Source: Magallana gigas
Taxonomy: Eukaryota
Length of the DNA stretch: 64,000 bases
Direction of reading: 5' to 3'
Assembly: GCF_963853765.1 (NCBI RefSeq)
Contig: NC_088858.1
Location: forward strand, 12,834,001-12,898,000
Notes under the pieces: model-generated
The model's input: only the letters and a program-made list of their open reading frames with translations
The model's database searches: none
What the model was told of the DNA's origin: nothing
Part shown: one piece after another, positions 1-14,400 of the stretch
Position numbering within the stretch: position 1 is the stretch's first letter
How the letters are laid out: each line of letters starts with the position of its first letter
Program-made: the position numbers and the translations under genes

Positions 1-483
1 ACTATTTCCAGCAAAGTCCTCATCTGAAATATAAATGAATCAATTAAAATCAACAGCTGCCTCTCATTTTGCCATCAAAATAATGAAATAGATATTATCT
101 AGCAACTGCGCCCAAAAAGTCACATGTTTACTTCTTAAACCATGAACTCCATATATCGAAGTTGACAAGGAGGTCCAAAAGGGAGATAACTTGAAGGAAT
201 GCTATTCCAAGACATTTTTTTTTTATTTCAAAACCTTAAAAACTTTCAATGCTTTTGAATGAACATTGATACTTCATTCAGAGGTTGATTTTCTGTGCTC
301 ATTTGATGAATTGCTCTTTGTTGTGTTGACAAAAATAAAACTACTACCTGTTTCCGTTAAAATTAAAAATTGTTTACTGAATCTCCGCCTAACATTCACA
401 TGGTTTAGGTTACTTAAAAAAAATTATAACTATTAAATATTTATAGATTTGCCTGTATCTGAAAAACATTGAATTTGCAAACG

Positions 484-586
484 TAACAGGTGGTGAAAAT
501 TCAAGTCTCAGCTAGCCAGGATTCAAACCCAAGGCCTCTTGCAATCTGTGCCAGCACCTAACCACTAGGCAACTAAGACCTGATAC
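484..586 (-). mobile_element. tRNA-derived SINE-like fragment
   Basis: Minus strand reads ...TAGTTGCCTAGTGGTTAGGTGCTGGCAC...GGGTTTGAATCC..., a degenerate Pol III A and B box. A diverged sister copy lies at ~920-1026. Confidence 0.5.
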
Positions 587-919
587 TGTTGATTCCTAAT
601 AAAATGCACGAAATTAATATCCAGGCAAACTCCTCTCATTGATTCTAAAATCTTGCATTTTTTTTCTTTAAAGCTGTATACTAAATGTAATCAATACAAA
701 AGTTCAGCGCTTTATGTTCTCATGATTTAGTAGAAAATGGCAGGATTGGGGAATCAAGTACCCCTATACAGTAAGGAAGAGACCAGGTGACATACTCCTA
801 CACTTGGTAAAATTCTCAAATTTTTATGTAGAAAAATGCAAGTTAAGGAAATGCTACAAGGCATGTGTTGCATTTCCTTGGAAATAACAGAGCATGTGGG
901 TTTTGAACATATGGTGCCA

Positions 920-1026
920 AATGTAATAGGTGGGGAAAAAGTCAAGACTCAACCAGAACTTGAACACAGGGCCTCTGGAATACCATGCCAGCACTCTAAC
1001 ATCTGAGCTAAGAAGACTTGATATAC
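920..1026 (-). mobile_element. tRNA-derived SINE-like fragment (second copy)
   Basis: Minus strand TTAGCTCAGATGTTAGAGTGCTGGCA...GTGTTCAAGTTC; same layout and 3' tail (..CCACCTxTTAC) as the 484-586 copy. Confidence 0.5.
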
Positions 1027-1355
1027 TACAGACATTTCATGAAAGGATGCTGCTATGTAGCTCAGACATTGTGTAAAAATAGATTGAAACTATCATTTCT
1101 AAGGTTTACTTGGTTTAAATGTGTATGGCCAAATACAACGTCTCTTAATTCTTAACGATCTGTGACTTCAAGTTAAATTTATTGTCAATGAGTTGTTTGT
1201 GAGCTGTCATTGAACAAATGATTATTTCCACCAATCAACTGTTGACAAAATGTTATGGTATCAAGGAATTCGCACAAAATGAATATGTAAAAGAAAATAT
1301 CGAGTTTGAAGTTTTTTTAGTCAAAGCATTATAAACAGGTTGAACCAGCATTAAA

Positions 1356-1769
1356 CAGGTTGGGACCAATCTCCCAAATGGGATATAATAGCCCGTTTGG
1401 GGTATAATAGCCCAAATGGGATATAAATTTAAAGTGCAAAAAATAAAAAATTTTGATATAACTACGCATTAGAATAGATGAAATACAACAACTTTTGGTA
1501 AACAACTTTTTCTGTAGCTGTACTATTATGGATATTGATCCCTCAGTATATCAAAAACTTCTTGGGGATCAATCTTACAAACTATAGACATATAGAAAAA
1601 CTTCTTATTAATAACCAAAAGTTGTTGCATTTGATTCCCATTTAATGCGGATTTATGTCAAAAATTTAAAAATAAAAAAAAATTTTGGCACTTTAAATTT
1701 ATATCCCATTTGGGTTATTATATTCCAAACGGGCTATTATATCCCATTTGGGAGATTGGTCCCAACCTG
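1356..1769. mobile_element. MITE with ~80-bp TIRs, CAGG termini and 5-bp TSD (TTAAA)
   Basis: CAGGTTGGGACCAATCTCCCAAATGGGATATAATAGCCCGTTTGG at 1356 and its exact reverse complement ending at 1769; TTAAA directly flanks both ends. Confidence 0.9.
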
Positions 1770-2399
1770 TTAAACTGTGTAATTATATACCAAATTATTT
1801 AAGTGTCAAATAGTAAATTTTAAAGAGTGGCTATGCAATATTAAATTTGTTACGCATATGAAGGGATCGATAATCATTAACATAGTCTGCATAAGTTTTA
1901 TTCTGAAGAGAAAGTTGACCAAATAACTGAAATATCATCAATTAGGTAAAATATAAACAAAGAAACATGCTGTCAGAACAGTGATAAATAGTGCAAATGA
2001 TGCAGTTCTCGGTCTTACACAGTTCAATTTATCTTTGATAAGTGGAAAAAAATAATAAAAAACAGGCAAAATATAGACCAAAACATAAAAAACATACCAT
2101 TAGACATATTCGCTCTGATCAAGGCATAGGCATTGTCGCAGGAAGTGAAGAGGAGTGGAGGGTGTGATGTCATATTCTAATAATGTAGGTGTATGGTCTA
2201 TTCGTTGCCAGCAAAAAATCAACCCATGAGTATTTTTATCAATCATGTTTTCACTCCTAAAAAAGTCAATCTATGTTGTATTACTTTTCAAACTGAACAT
2301 ACCCTTACTAAGACATAACTTACATAACACCAATATTGAATTACACAAATATCTTATTTTTTAAGAAATATGATCGGGATCGCCATACAGAAAGACATT

Positions 2400-2407
2400 T
2401 TTGGCGC
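2400..2407 (+). promoter_or_regulatory. E2F-type site upstream of WDHD1
   Basis: TTTGGCGC (TTTSSCGC consensus) 30 nt upstream of the WDHD1 ATG; WDHD1 is an S-phase replication gene. Confidence 0.55.
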
Positions 2408-2436
2408 GCTTATCAAACAAGGAGGTAAACCTGATA

Positions 2437-5400
2437 ATGCCGTCCTGTTCGCCGTTGCGATACGCTCACAGCGAAGGATTAACAAGTTTGTGCTATGACG
2501 ATAAAGGAAAGTAAGTAGTTTGGTCAGTCGTGGTATAATGCACCAATTACGGAATCCTGATTTAGGCTGTTTGTTGAAATGGAATGTGCATGCTAAAATT
2601 TTCATTCATCTGTTCATTTGATATTATTCTGTTAGTACAAAATTAGTCGTAAATGTATTTTATTTTTTTTGTTGCTTATCAGATATATCTTGACCTGTGG
2701 CTCAGATGGAGATGTCAGAATATGGGAAGGGGCGGAGGATGATGATGCTATATCCCATGGAACTGGTGATAAGGCATTCTGTGTTGCATACAAGGTATTA
2801 AACAAATTTCAAAAAATTATTTTTTACTTAAGTTAAAACATCTCCAAGTGATTGAGCATGTTAGGGTCATCCATGCCAGAGGAAAACTTTGAATGATGAT
2901 CTTTGATTGGAGAAATAATTTAATGGGAGTATGTGATGTCAGACTCAACACACTGGTTTGAGCGCTGGCGCTAGATAAGTAGATTTCTTAAGGTAATTTT
3001 TAATTGGGAATGTTGACATCTTTTCTCCATTACGAAGCCACTCAGAATACCTCGCACAATTTCTTATCATTATCATTCGGGTCTGTTGCAATACAAAATC
3101 CCCATTGACATCACATTTTTTAGCCATGTATAATGATGTATTAAAACCTGATAAGCTAAAGGGGGGGTTCCATAAAATGACTTGATTACAGAGATGATGA
3201 ATTGATGTCAAAGACTTCCATCGTATTTTTTTTCACAGAATGACAGATTTTACATCGCTACTGATGCAAACACTGTGCAGGCATATACTTTCCCAGGGGG
3301 CTCTCCTGATGGGATTCTGGCAAGATTTACTGCCCCTGCCAACCATTTCTGCATCAACCAGATGGTAACGACATTAGTAGCTGGATCTAGGTGTGGACAC
3401 CTGCTTTATTCATTCACTTGGTCTATTGAAAAATGCAATAAAAATAAATATAGTACAACACAGAAATGCTTTTAAATTTTAAATATGATATATCCTTTGG
3501 AGTGATATCATTTTGAGTTATGTTGTAATGAAACAAGTTCACCAGATTAACATCTTCCATATAACCATATCACACTAATTGAAAGTAATGTTAAGTTGTA
3601 TTACTGTCTAATCAGAATTTTTGGACTGCAAAAACCCTTCTTTTATTGGAGATTGTCTTGTTAAAAGGAGTGCATTTTGCAATTTAATATACATAATGTA
3701 GATATTGTTTGTTCCAGTGACTTCACAATAAAACTTGTTGACATTTCCTCTGGGGACACCAAGAAGTTTGAAGGACATGAGGCCCCTGTATTAAGTGTAG
3801 CCTTAGACCCTAAAGAAGAATTTCTGGTTAGTGTACTGTGTTGAATGCCAAAAAATGTCTGGGCTTAACCATTTTGATTAAAACCTGTGAATAATTTCTT
3901 TTAAGCTTTCAGAGTTAAGGTTTTGTACAATTTATGTGCACATGCAGATAATTTATTTCTAAACAGGTAACCCAGCATTTTATATGCTCATATTTGATAA
4001 CATAAAATCTTATTTTCCCCTTCTGTATATTAATTTTCAAGGCATCCTCTAGTTGTGATGGAAGTGTGGTGATATGGAGAGTTGAGAATAAGGAGAAAGT
4101 GAAAAAGTTCCAAATCCTTCCCAAAGTGGGTGACATTAGGTAAAATTTGAATTCAGTAACACCAATATTTGAGTTCTCTGAACATGTGTGCTAATATGCT
4201 ATATGCATGTTATATTGAAATTGTAATGCAATGTGTTTTTGATCTTTTAAACAGTTTGACCAAAGGATTGTGTAGGCTATGTTGGGAAAAGAATGGGCAG
4301 GTAAAAATAATACTAATAAGACAAAATAGATTCACATCTGTGTTTAACTTTATTTCTCACTCTGATGGTTGTTTTTTAAGTGTGTGTATAATGGCACATA
4401 CATTGAATTGCAAATATTGTTTTGTTAAATTTTAGTTCCTGTATGTTCCTTTGGAGAATGAGATCCAGATCTACGACAGAAATTCCTGGTCAACAACTGG
4501 ATCAATACAAGACAGTCAGTTTTCTGGAGTATGTGACTAAAACATTCAGTTTTTTCTCACTCATCTGTTATTCTACCTGACCTCTTGACCGAATAATCTT
4601 TGAAAGAAAATGAAATTCCTCCCATTGCCAATCACCTTATATGTACATGTATATCACTTTGAAAGTTTTGCTGAATGCCTCTTAACCTTTGATAAAATAT
4701 CTGTAATTATGGTGACTGTATATGTAGGTGTACTCTGTCCTGGATCTCTCAACTGACGGAACACACCTGGCGGCAGGATGTTATGACGGCCATATTCTCA
4801 TATTTGACCTCAAAACCAAAACCTGTGTGGATAGGTATGATACAACTGCTTGACAAGCTTATGTACAGCAGATAACAGAAGGAAAATGAGGAGAAATTTA
4901 AAGCAAGTTGGGCTGGTGGTTGAAATGTATTATTTTTGTATGTATTTATTAATGTTTATAAAAACCCATCAAAGAAACATTTTCAGGTGATGCATGCTTG
5001 ATTGACTGGGTTGTAGACGATTTTTGTTCAAATTTAATCTCTAATGCTACTTCTAGGTCCTATGTACAAATGTAAATATTAACCATCATTGAAAACATCC
5101 ACTGAAACTTGTTATTTTACTTTAGGTTTAAACATGAGAGTGGATTGTCCATCATGTCACTATCTTGGAATCCTAGCAACCAGACAGAAATAGCATTTTG
5201 TGATAGAGAGGTAAGATAAGTTTTTAATCCCTTGATTTTAGGTTTGTACATAATGAATGGGAGACAACTCAAGCATCTTATATATTTTCAAGGTTTTTTT
5301 GTTTTCTTCTAGGGACAGCTTGGACTTTTGAGTGAAATAAATCTTAAAGGAGGAAACCAGGTACTACTTGAACAGCTTCAATAAGGGTTAAAACCTGACC

Positions 5401-8400
5401 TACTAGTTATTACTCTCTGTATGTTAAACACAGCATCTCTCAAGAAATTAGCAGACTTTCTTTTTTTTATAGCCTGTAAAGGAACAAAGAGTAAAAGAGA
5501 CTCTAGGGATTTTTGAGGATGACGATGATGACGCAGAATTAGTTCAAGCTTCTGATGAGCCGAGTAAAGAGCAGATTTTCGATGAAGACAGCAATGACTC
5601 AACACCAGCCAGTGTCTTAAAGCCCCTTGATGGTAAATCATTCAGAAATTCGCTTTGATTTTTTCATGAGTGTTATTCCCATTTGGATGTGATTTTTTTG
5701 GGATGTGGAAATGAGGATTTTAGTGGATTTTAAAGTTAAAATGGTAATTCTTGAGATTAGTGCAGACTTAAAGCTGATGTGATGTCTTCCCTTTTCTCCT
5801 CTGCAAACCACATCCCTGCTCCATAAGCATTTGTTGTATGGTATCAGTCTATTATTCTAAAATACACACTCTTACACTAAACTGCTGCATGTAAGACTGG
5901 TTTTGTTGTAGATGACTTGGCATCAGAGGATGGTGAGGCTCCTCCGGTCATCCCAGTACAGACCAGAATCATTGAGAGACCGGGGTTTGTACCAACACCC
6001 CCTCAAGGGGCCTTCCAGCCAGGATCCACCCCCAAACACCTCTCTAGCAGATTCATGGTCAGTGTTTTAAGATACTCTAGAGTTAATAAGCAAATGGTTT
6101 ATGTTGTACCTGTACATTGTAATGATTCGGTGGTTGAAAATTTGTAATATCTTACAATGTATATAATAATAAACTATGAAGATCAATACTTTCATTGCTT
6201 CTGATTCAAAATGTTTTACCTTGGTAGACTTTGGAAAATTTTTGTCTACCTCTGTAAAAGTGTTAAACTATGTGGTAGTTATTTTACTAATTGGTAAGTT
6301 TTTTTTTAAAGTTTAAGAATATACTTGGTAAAATTTAGGTAGAGATATTTGTATTTACAATTTTTTTTCTTTTTATTTTATTAATTTCACAAATCTTACA
6401 TTTAAATTATCAAATAATGGTCTCATTGATGATATTTTTCCTTCGCGTAGATGTGGAATGCTGTTGGAATTATAAAGCAGTTTAACACAGAAGAAGAGGA
6501 GTCAATAGATATCGAGTTCCACAACACGGCCATACACCATGCCATGCACCTAACAAACTCAGCGGGTTACACTATGGGGGACGTCTCGACAGAAGCTGTG
6601 GTCCTAGCCAGCCCAGGGGAGGACTCTGACCCAAGGTCTGCTCAGTGTCTGTACTCCTAAGTCATCAATTACAGTACATTTGAACTTCGGTATCTCGAAC
6701 ACCGATATCTTGAATACAATGGATCTGTCGAAGTGATTTTTAGGTCCAAAACACTTTAAACTTTAAGTATTTTACCCTTGATATCTCGAATACTAGGATA
6801 TCTCGAAATTTTTAACCAGTCCCATCTAGTTCGAGATAACGAGGTTTGACTGTACATGTTCATTATCTGTACTATGGAAAGCAGATTCTTTTCAAGTTGT
6901 CAGTTAGTGTCTGTTCTATTATGTTACATGTAATATTATGTCTGTACTCATAAGAACAATTCATTGAAGCCATCAATTATGGTACATGTAATTATGTACA
7001 TGTATAAAAAGAAAAGTCATCATTTTGAATACATTTTGGGGATTATTATTAGTTTGATTTAAAAAGGGATTTCTTATTATTCAATATATGCATGTAAGAT
7101 AAAAGGAGCTGGATGTATTGTATAGTACATCTGGTGGATTCAGATTAAAGGAATAATTTTTTATACCATATCTACAACCCAATGTTCAGACCATATATTG
7201 GTATGGCTGCATATATACAGATCTGCAATGTAATGTTTCAGTAAGTTGACCTGCATGCATTTTGGATCTTGGGATAATTCTAAGGAGTGGACCATTCCCA
7301 TGGATGATGGAGAAGCAATAGAGGTTAGTAAAGAAGCTGTTCAAGTTTAAATAAGTAGTATGACTTGCTTAGTAGATTAATATTTGGACTGTAAATCCAA
7401 ATATGTACTAAATATGTAAAATTCTTCAAAACAGAACATCAGTAAATAACTGGTTTATCAGAGAGTTGACTTGGTCAAAGCTTTTATGTCATTGATAAAG
7501 CTCTCTCACATGTTAATGGTCCTCACTGTTTAATTTTACTGTAAGGAGTAAAAACATATCAGGTTGTACATTTAAGTTCATTTAAAAATGTTCCAATGTG
7601 AACTTAATAAAGATAAATAAATAAATAAATATTTTTTTAAGCTAATTACTTGAATCAGTTTTGTGTAGTTATCACTGATTTTGATTTCTTCTCTTGTACT
7701 CCATAATGTTAGGCTCTAGCAATCGGCGAGGACTGGATTGCAGTAGCCACCTCAGGGAGACTAATCAGAATCTTTTCTCTGGGAGGCATCCAGAGGGATA
7801 TCTTCTCCATACCAGGTCCTGTGGTGTGCCTCTCAGCTCACACAAACCAGCTGCTCATTGCCTACCACAGAGGAATGGGTAAACATTTCAATGTTACATT
7901 GACTTGTAGATTGGCTTGTTCATTTTCTTCTTTAGGATCCTTGGCACTTTCTACTTAAATTTCTCAGTCAAATCAGCAAGAACTGTATTATTTTTAAGGA
8001 TAAAATTTTTAGCTTGTGTACATTAATTGAAAAAGAGACTAAGATGCAATTTTGGAGAAAAACCAGAATTTACCAAAAACAGTTGTTATTTCATGTAATT
8101 CCTTGCTGCATTCTTAATAAGGATCTTACAGTTAGTGGTCAAGTGCTTTGTCTCCCGAGTTCTTAATTTTGACAAAGAATAGTTTGACTTGACAATATGA
8201 TTTTCATATTGTGACAGACTGCTGTAAAAAAAATATGTACGTATAAGTCAATGGGTATGGAATCTAGCTGTGTAGTGCTCATGTTGTAATCTTTGTCAAG
8301 GTTTGCCGGGAGACCAGTGTCTTGGAGTACATCTGATGACAGTAGAGGGAGCCACCCAGATAAACCACCAGCCACTCCCCCTGTCCCACAAGAGCTCACT

Positions 8401-11400
8401 GGCTTGGATGGGGTAAGTGTAACTCAGTGTAAACACATGGAGGTTCAGTTGCTGTCTTCAGTGTAAATTAGCATGATTTTATTGTCTTTTTATAGATTTT
8501 CTGCTGAAGGCACACCTTTTTACATGGATACATCTGGAATAGTGAGAATGTGTAATAGAAGATTTGGGATGAGCTGGGTGCAAGTAGCAAATACCAAATC
8601 ACATGTAAGTTTCATACAAATGCTGAAAAAAATGAGATATATTTATTGTACATGCAGTTATATCTATTTCCATATACAAATACATGCTTTCTGTTCTATT
8701 TACAGACAAAAGGAAAATCCGATAATTACTGGATTGTTAGTGTACACGAAAATCCCCAACAACTACGGTAAGGACTTGAATGAAGAATTACACTTTAAGA
8801 ATTTAGCATGCAACCTGTTGCCTTATTTTTAAGTTTTGGAGGTAATTTTATGACTCCCACGGCTTTTTCAAAAACGTTCCTTCAATTTTCAAGCAAATAT
8901 AAAAAAAATTGCAATTTATGGAACATGACAATACTGCATAACTTTTGTTCCTTTGTACAGAACATCACTCGAACATTTTGCTCTTTGTTTTACTTCTTGT
9001 ACTTAAGTAGAATTAGTAGATGAGGGCAAGTTGACTAACACTGTATTGTAGGTGTATCCCTTGTAAGGGGGCCCGCTTTCCTCCGGTCCTCCCCCGACCA
9101 GCTGTGGGAATCCTTCCCTTCCAGGTTCCCCTTTGTCAAATGAACACTGAAAAGAGTCAGTATGAGGTATGGACTTCTTCATGATCCTATCTTAATTATT
9201 CCCTCGTGCAACTTGTTGCGAAAGGGATATAGCATCGCTGCTGTGCGTGTATGTATATGTGTCTTCAGCGTGGAAACAAGTTTAAAAGAAAACTCTTGCA
9301 GGAATATTTATCAAACTTCGTACACTTATTTGGCATGGTAAAAGGACAAACCCTGTTAATTTTCGAGTCAATTAGTTGAATACTTTTTAATATATCGTTA
9401 AAATAACACAATTTGAAACAGAAATTTTATGTAAGTCTTGACAATAACTACTTCCGCTTCACTTCTGTGAAACCAAAGTGAGAGTAAGCAGTTCAAATCA
9501 ACAACTTGATATTTTTTGGATTTAGATCTAGTATAGGTAAAAAAAAAAAAACCCTTTTTGTAGTAATGGAGGGTTAGTAGAATTTGGTCTTTTCATTTAC
9601 ATATTCATAGATGAATATTCCTAAATAATGCATCCCCCACACAATTTTTCATGTCGCAAGGGATGCTCCGCTGTGCGGTGCCCTTGTTCAATTTTCTATT
9701 AAATTGCAATTTATGTACTTTTGTTGGACTTTATTTTGAAGGAGGAAAAATCTGGAATATATTTTGTGCTCAAGATTACACTCTTTTTGAAAAGAAAAAA
9801 ATCATATTTTTCTTTGTAGGAAGTATTTCACAGAACACAGTTGCTAAGCAGCCATTTACAGTTCTGGAATACCATTGGTTATGAATATGACACTTCAATA
9901 GCTAGCGAACTTGCTAAGCCCTCACAAGAAGCCCTGATGAAACTATTTGCTGTAAGCTTCCATTTTAACAGGATTACTATTACTTATCATTGAACCATAC
10001 ATTTATCGCTTGTTTAACTGCAAAGAATGAATAACTTATTTCCCTGCTTTTTGGCACCTTTTGGTAGTTCTATCATTTATAAATATTTCTATTTCAGTTA
10101 TCTGCTAGATCAGATAGAGAGTTTCGGGCTTTAGAGGTTTGTGAGATGATGTCAGAGCCACACACTCTGCAGCTAGCCATTAAATATGCCTGTCGCCTGA
10201 AATACATGCAGCTGGCCGAGAGGATCAGTGAGGTGGTTCAGAGGAAGTCCGCTGAACAAGCAGAGGAGGTGGAGGAGGAAGAGAAAGAAGTGGTTCATAG
10301 GGTTCAAAGGTCAAGATCATCAGTTTGCTTTGGAAGTTAAATTCAATATGGATTTTCATAAAACATATATTTTCTATGTCGGAGGATTATTTATTTTGAA
10401 TAGGGGTTGCTTTATTTAAAAGCACTGCAAGGTTGGGAAGATTAAGGGAACTGTTAATATTGTTTCATTTTTAATCCAAATATCTTCTGTTCAGGGATTT
10501 TTATCCTGTCCGAATCAGCTTAGTCATTTTATATTCTATCATAAAAAAACAACAGTAAATTCTTGATCTTAAGTATGAATTTTATAGAAATGTAGAAACT
10601 CGTCAGATTATTCAATACCAATAGCCTTGTATGTAATGTACACATGGTTCTCTTTTTGCCTTGTTTCAAATCTTTAGTAGAGAAGTTGAAATTATCGAAT
10701 GCTGGAGTTCTCTTTGTCATAGCTGTTTTAGTGTTTTATGTCTAAAGTTAATGTTTTAAACTGATATCTGGAATTTTGATCAGTGCACCAAATATAATGT
10801 TTACATGTGGTGCTAAAATGATTGCTTCACTTGCACAACACAGGCTTATTTTGTTCCCATATATACATGTAATGTGTTCTGGTGTATTACATGTATTTAT
10901 AAGTGTATATTATCTTGATTGTACAGAGTTCACAATCACCAAAATCATGTTCAGGAAGATGAAGAGATGGAAGAAGAAGATGTGGAGGTTGACCAGGAAA
11001 ATGCAGAAACAAACAGTGCTGGTGGTAATGTTCGCATTCAGATCTACAGTTTTAGAATTTATATTCAATGTATACTGTAGAATCCCTATCTTACGGAAGT
11101 ACATGTATATATTTCTGCAATTCTGTGGTTTTGTATCAAATTGAAAGAATGTAGAATCATGAATACCAAACTTTAATTCAATCTTATATTAACTTGACAT
11201 GATTTTCCATGGATGTTAATTCTTTGCGCTTGATAAGGGTCTACAGTATATAAAAGATATGTCTGGAGTATGAACTGTCAACATTTAAAAAATTCTGAGA
11301 AATGAAAATGTTATCCTTATGTAAACCCCAAACATGTGTGGTTTATAGATATTTTTGCCAATATTTATTCACTTCCACATATTTTACCCCTTCTACCAAG

Positions 11401-14400
11401 GCAACCTGCTATAAAGTATATGTGGATAAACATGATTAATGTTGCGTTTTCAAGTTTTTCAATAAATAAAATGCTTGCATTTCTTTGTAGGGCCTTTGTT
11501 GAATTTGAAAGCCAAGAGCAAAAATGAGGTGTTATCCCAATCTTATGGGTCTTCAGGGAGGTCTAATCCATTCAAGGTGTGTCCACAACCTCAGTCACAA
11601 GTCTTCTTTTCATTCAGTTTCTATAATATTAAGTTCAGCAAAAACAAGGAGAATATGCAGTGTATTTTATGGGGTTTTATTATTGTTTTCAACATTGTTT
11701 CCAGGTTTTAACACCCCAGAAACCAGAACCAACAAAAGGAACTCAGGTGTTTGACGGCATGTCAAAAAAGAAACAGACGAGTCCAGGACAGGTCATGCTG
11801 AAAAATACGAGACCTGTCAAGGCTGTAAAGAGAGTGAGTATCCTCTGATAAACCCCCTAACCTCTTACATGTATGAGGAAGCATTCAAATTAACATAGAA
11901 AGTGTTTTCCAATTAATTACTCTTTAGTTTACATAGAATGAACAAAAACAAACAAATATCTTTTTATCATATATAATTTTGATTATTTGGTAATGGGTTT
12001 TTTGTTTTCATGATCATGTTCATGTATAATATTTCTATTTCAGACTCCTCAGAGCCAGGGAAAGATAACTTCTGTAAAGTCAACAAATGAGGAAGACAAA
12101 CAGGAAGAATCACAGAAAAAGTAAATAGTTTGGATTGAAAAGAAATAAATATTATTTAATCTTAAAAAGAAAACTAGGATTGAAAATCTGTATTAGACAG
12201 AAATAGTAATCACAATTTACGTTAATTTTGAAATTAAAAAGAATATGCAGCAATTTTCTCCACTTTAAATCATAACAATTTTAAAATATAAAGAGAGGTA
12301 AACTATTTTGATGAGAATTCCATTTACCAGTAGATAATAATGCTTTACTTTTGTGTCATATGTCTTTAAGATTAGGTATTTTACAGATCTAAAAGTGCTT
12401 TTGACCTGTGGTTTGAAGAGACAAAGTCTCAGCTAATGGAGGAATTGCCAGAAGCAGACGAAGAAAGTTTGGTACAAACCGCAGCTGAACGATTCCGAAA
12501 AATTCCCAAGGAAGAACGACAGGTTGGTGTCTAATAAGGTTTATTGATGAATATTGAGAATAATTTGTCTGAGACTGTAGGATCTTGAGAGAAAAGATGC
12601 AGTGTGGGATTATAAGTACATGTTGTGAGTTTTATTTTATCTCAGGTTATTAACCTGTGTCAACTCTTAACTTCTAAGATCTCTTTCTGACTCATGGATT
12701 GGATTTTGAAGGGCTTTTGCTTAATTTAAGTGTTTTGCTCTTTGATACAAAAATGAAAAACAAACTGTTTAACATGTATATGCCTAATGATAAGAAACAT
12801 ACTCCTGATGTTTTGTCAAGGAAATTTTAGGACAGATGTTTAATGCATTGAAGTAAAGATCAACCAGAGAAAAAATGTTGTTGTTTTAGAGATCAAGGGT
12901 TTTGCCATTGAAGGTGTAGGTGGTAGAGTCTGTATTTGTTATTTACGAAAGGGAAAAAGTGTCATTTCAAGATGAAAAACTTCTGAAGATCACTTGCATT
13001 TGTAATCAGACACTGAGAAGATTACTTCCATTGTTAATATACATTTTTTTTAATAAAATTCAGTCAATCAGATTTTCCAGACTTTCCCTTAATAGACTTT
13101 GCCATGATTTTAAGTCTGTGAAGTGACTCATTTTGAAAATGGTCGTCATGGGTCCAGAAAACCCCTCTTAATCAGAACTATGATTCCCAAGCCAAAAACA
13201 GTGAGTCCAAAAATATTCCACAAAGAACAATTCATCCCCAACGCTTTCATTCTCCAATCTTAGCCTGGAATACATTGCGAGATATTTTCTAGAACTTGTG
13301 AATTTTCCAAGCTTTCTTTATTTCTTTATCGCGACTCATTTATTTCAGGTTCTGGATCAGTAACCCTTTCTGCATGAACATCCTTGTTATTATTAATGTC
13401 AGATTCACTGCCATTTGTCTCCTTTCGCATAAACTTTGTCAATATAACCTGGTTTGAGAGTAATTTTATAATTTTTTCTGTGGCATCCTGATCAACAACA
13501 AATTTTTTCTGCATTGTCATACTGTATACAGAGGTTTTTTTTGCCCATATACATTTTACCCCTCTATACTTGCAAATAGTTTCGCCCCATCTTGATTTCA
13601 CCCAAACACAGATGTGGATTATGAGAGATAATTTGAGACATTGGAATTCGCCCAGTCTTAATTTCACTGTTGACAACGAGCTTTAAGGGGCTAAAATATA
13701 GCAGGGGCAAATATTTCCCTATAAACAGTATACCGGTATCACCGAATCTCATTGGTTAATGCACTATGTGTTGATCAATGAGATTTCTCTTTGAGCATCT
13801 AGTTAATAGGTTTAGAAAGGAATGACATTCTGAAATCAAAATTTCTTAGCTAAAAAATGAAAACAAATAAATGTGTGTGTGCATTTCTAAATTTATTGCA
13901 TCCTTTGGGATGCACATATAATGAAATCATGTATCGTGAGCAAAATCTGTGCATATTTTACAAAGACTGCTTGTCAAAATGAATCGCTGTTTATGAAGTG
14001 TAATTTGCATTTACTGGCATTCAAAATTTGGGTAGAATGGAGTTCATTTGCTTATCAAAAGATATTGTTTGATTACCATGGGTTGGGTGTTTTAAAGTAC
14101 CTGATGAGCAGTGGATCAACAATATTGATGGTGATTAGATTACCAGCAAATACATTATCTCATCTGGCAATTCTCTATTAATGTCATTCCCTTGTCAATT
14201 GAATTGTTTAGCCATTAAGTAGAGTTCTGTAATGTAATTAATGTCTAGTGATATTGGTATGGGCGGAATTTATCCTGAAAGAAGTAATCACCAAATAATG
14301 GTTGATATTCAGTCGGACATACTTAGAGCTATCATTCCACCAGTTGCAATAATGAGAGCTCTAATGCTGTTTTAATGATAGAGATTAAGAGCCACCAGCA

